A stretch of DNA of 64,000 nt, taken from NCBI RefSeq assembly GCF_002571385.2, contig NW_019217837.1, positions 440,281 through 504,280 on the forward strand, written 5' to 3'. The DNA comes from Stylophora pistillata (taxonomy: Eukaryota). Position 1 is the first letter of the stretch. Each line of letters begins with the position of its first letter. A program made the position numbers and the translations under genes. This document shows, piece by piece, positions 63,001 through 64,000 of the stretch. The notes under the pieces were generated by a model. It made no database searches. It was not told the DNA's origin and was given only the letters and a program-made list of their open reading frames with translations.

Positions 63001-63839
63001 CCTTTTTTCCTATCAAGTGCATGAAAAGTCAATTTTGTTAGCAGCCCTGTAAGTATTGTTCTTTGTGTCAATTAAACTTGCAAGGGGAATTTTCTTCTGA
63101 TTATGTATTTCCATGCTAAGCTATGAAATCCCTTCCATCCGTGAATTGGTTCTGTTTGCAACTGATATTTGTCAAATGACTACAGTAAGACTTTAATTTA
63201 CAAGAAAAATAATTCATATTTGTTTCTTGATTACTTCAGCCCTGTTTGTCTTCTGCTTCACTATAAACCCTTAGAGTGTGTGTGGTTCTTCGTCATCTCA
63301 ACTTTCAGGTTGGTGATAAAACATTTGAAGGTTTACAGTCTGTAATCAATGTCTTTCAGTAAAAGTTTTTGTCAGTGGTCAGCTCACATCAGCCTTAAGT
63401 AGATTGTAATGTAAAAGTGGCTTGTCTTCACCATGAAATCCTTCCCACAAATAACCCCACTCCACCCCCTTCGTGAATGTAGGTTGTCTCTAGCCATCTA
63501 ACTATGGGTGTTTTGGTCAAGGGAGACTTGACTTAGGGCCACCCCCTCTTCCCTAATAGAGTGCTATTTAATCATAGATAGCTACTTACTCCCCCTTCCC
63601 TGCAGTTTTTGTTCCATTGCCTTTACTAACAAGCTGAATCTGCTGCTAGTCAACCAACTCAGTGATTACTAACAGTAATTATTAGCAATAATTTAGTAAC
63701 CAATTTTATTTCCAGCATGTGGCCGTTACTACTGAAGGATGGTCTGTCTCTACCCTACATTTCATGCATGTTGTTGTTCTACACTGTTGCTTATCATGTG
63801 TTTGAGCTCAACAAGACAGAGCCACTTAAACAAAGTTTG
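57877..63839 (+). CDS. ALG6: Dolichyl-PP-Man9GlcNAc2 alpha-1,3-glucosyltransferase, 3'-partial. Exons 57877-57961, 58060-58144, 58818-58907, 59656-59744, 59870-59955, 60320-60384, 61230-61406, 61700-61762, 61856-61937, 62064-62149, 62655-62739, 62978-63048, 63240-63308, 63716-63839
   Basis: [125 protein letters not shown]. Confidence 0.95.
59210..59526. mobile_element. Non-autonomous palindromic DNA element (copy 2)
   Basis: Reverse-complement match to 6649-6961. Confidence 0.75.
59980..60021. repeat. (AAT)n microsatellite
   Basis: About 14 AAT units, flanked by duplicated GTAATGACAGTCTTTG. Confidence 0.9.
60385..61229 (+). other. U12-type (minor spliceosome) GT-AG intron in ALG6
   Basis: 5' splice site GTATCCGA; branch point TTCCTTAAC at 61209-61217, 10 nt before the AG; no polypyrimidine tract; splicing restores HFQYN. 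Confidence 0.8.
60956..61143. repeat. Palindromic MITE inside the U12 intron
   Basis: AAATAAACCCC..GCTGGTATGTTGGCTGATAATGT / ACATTGTCAGCTGACATACCAGC..GGGGTTTATTT inverted arms. Confidence 0.7.
62183..62468 (-). mobile_element. Longer Penelope 3'-end copy linking the short hammerhead element to a PLE ORF terminus
   Basis: Same body as 32370/56137 with a mutated core, extended upstream to sequence translating [10 protein letters not shown], which resembles the end of PLE ORFs. Confidence 0.7.
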
Positions 63840-64000
63840 GTGAGTTGTTCATTCCATACCATTAAAATTTACCATTACTTTATTTGGAGAATTCTCCCCT
63901 CACCACTATTGATACATTCTCCATGGAGAAAGGCAATGATTTAAAAAGAAAGGAACAAAAATCATGTAGGATACAAGGTTTTATTTTCCACCAATGTATA

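Overview
AT-rich, intron-rich animal DNA. The gene set and repeat families point to a cnidarian, most likely a stony coral; this is an inference. Manual splicing of GT-AG exons gives ten protein-coding genes in this order: divergent DGLUCY-like (+), rhodanese/MPST-like sulfurtransferase (+, both ends probably lost in assembly gaps), GADD45-like (-), NKAPD1 (-) head-to-head with PLD3 (+), a small mucin-like type I membrane protein (+), PUM3 (-) head-to-head with AK3 (+), a CHST-type sulfotransferase with an intronless CDS (+), and ALG6 (+, runs off the window). The most notable non-genic signals are: (i) two families of hammerhead-ribozyme-bearing elements, namely a retrozyme-like type I hammerhead at 6589-6634 and at least 7 short Penelope-derived elements, four with 12-15 bp TSDs; (ii) a 2.5 kb P-type transposon with a dead THAP exon on one strand and a second, convergent accessory ORF on the other; (iii) a Penelope GIY-YIG fragment with inverted pseudo-LTRs; (iv) a U12-type intron in ALG6; (v) tandemly duplicated symmetric exons in NKAPD1. 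No tRNA, rRNA or CRISPR features were seen.
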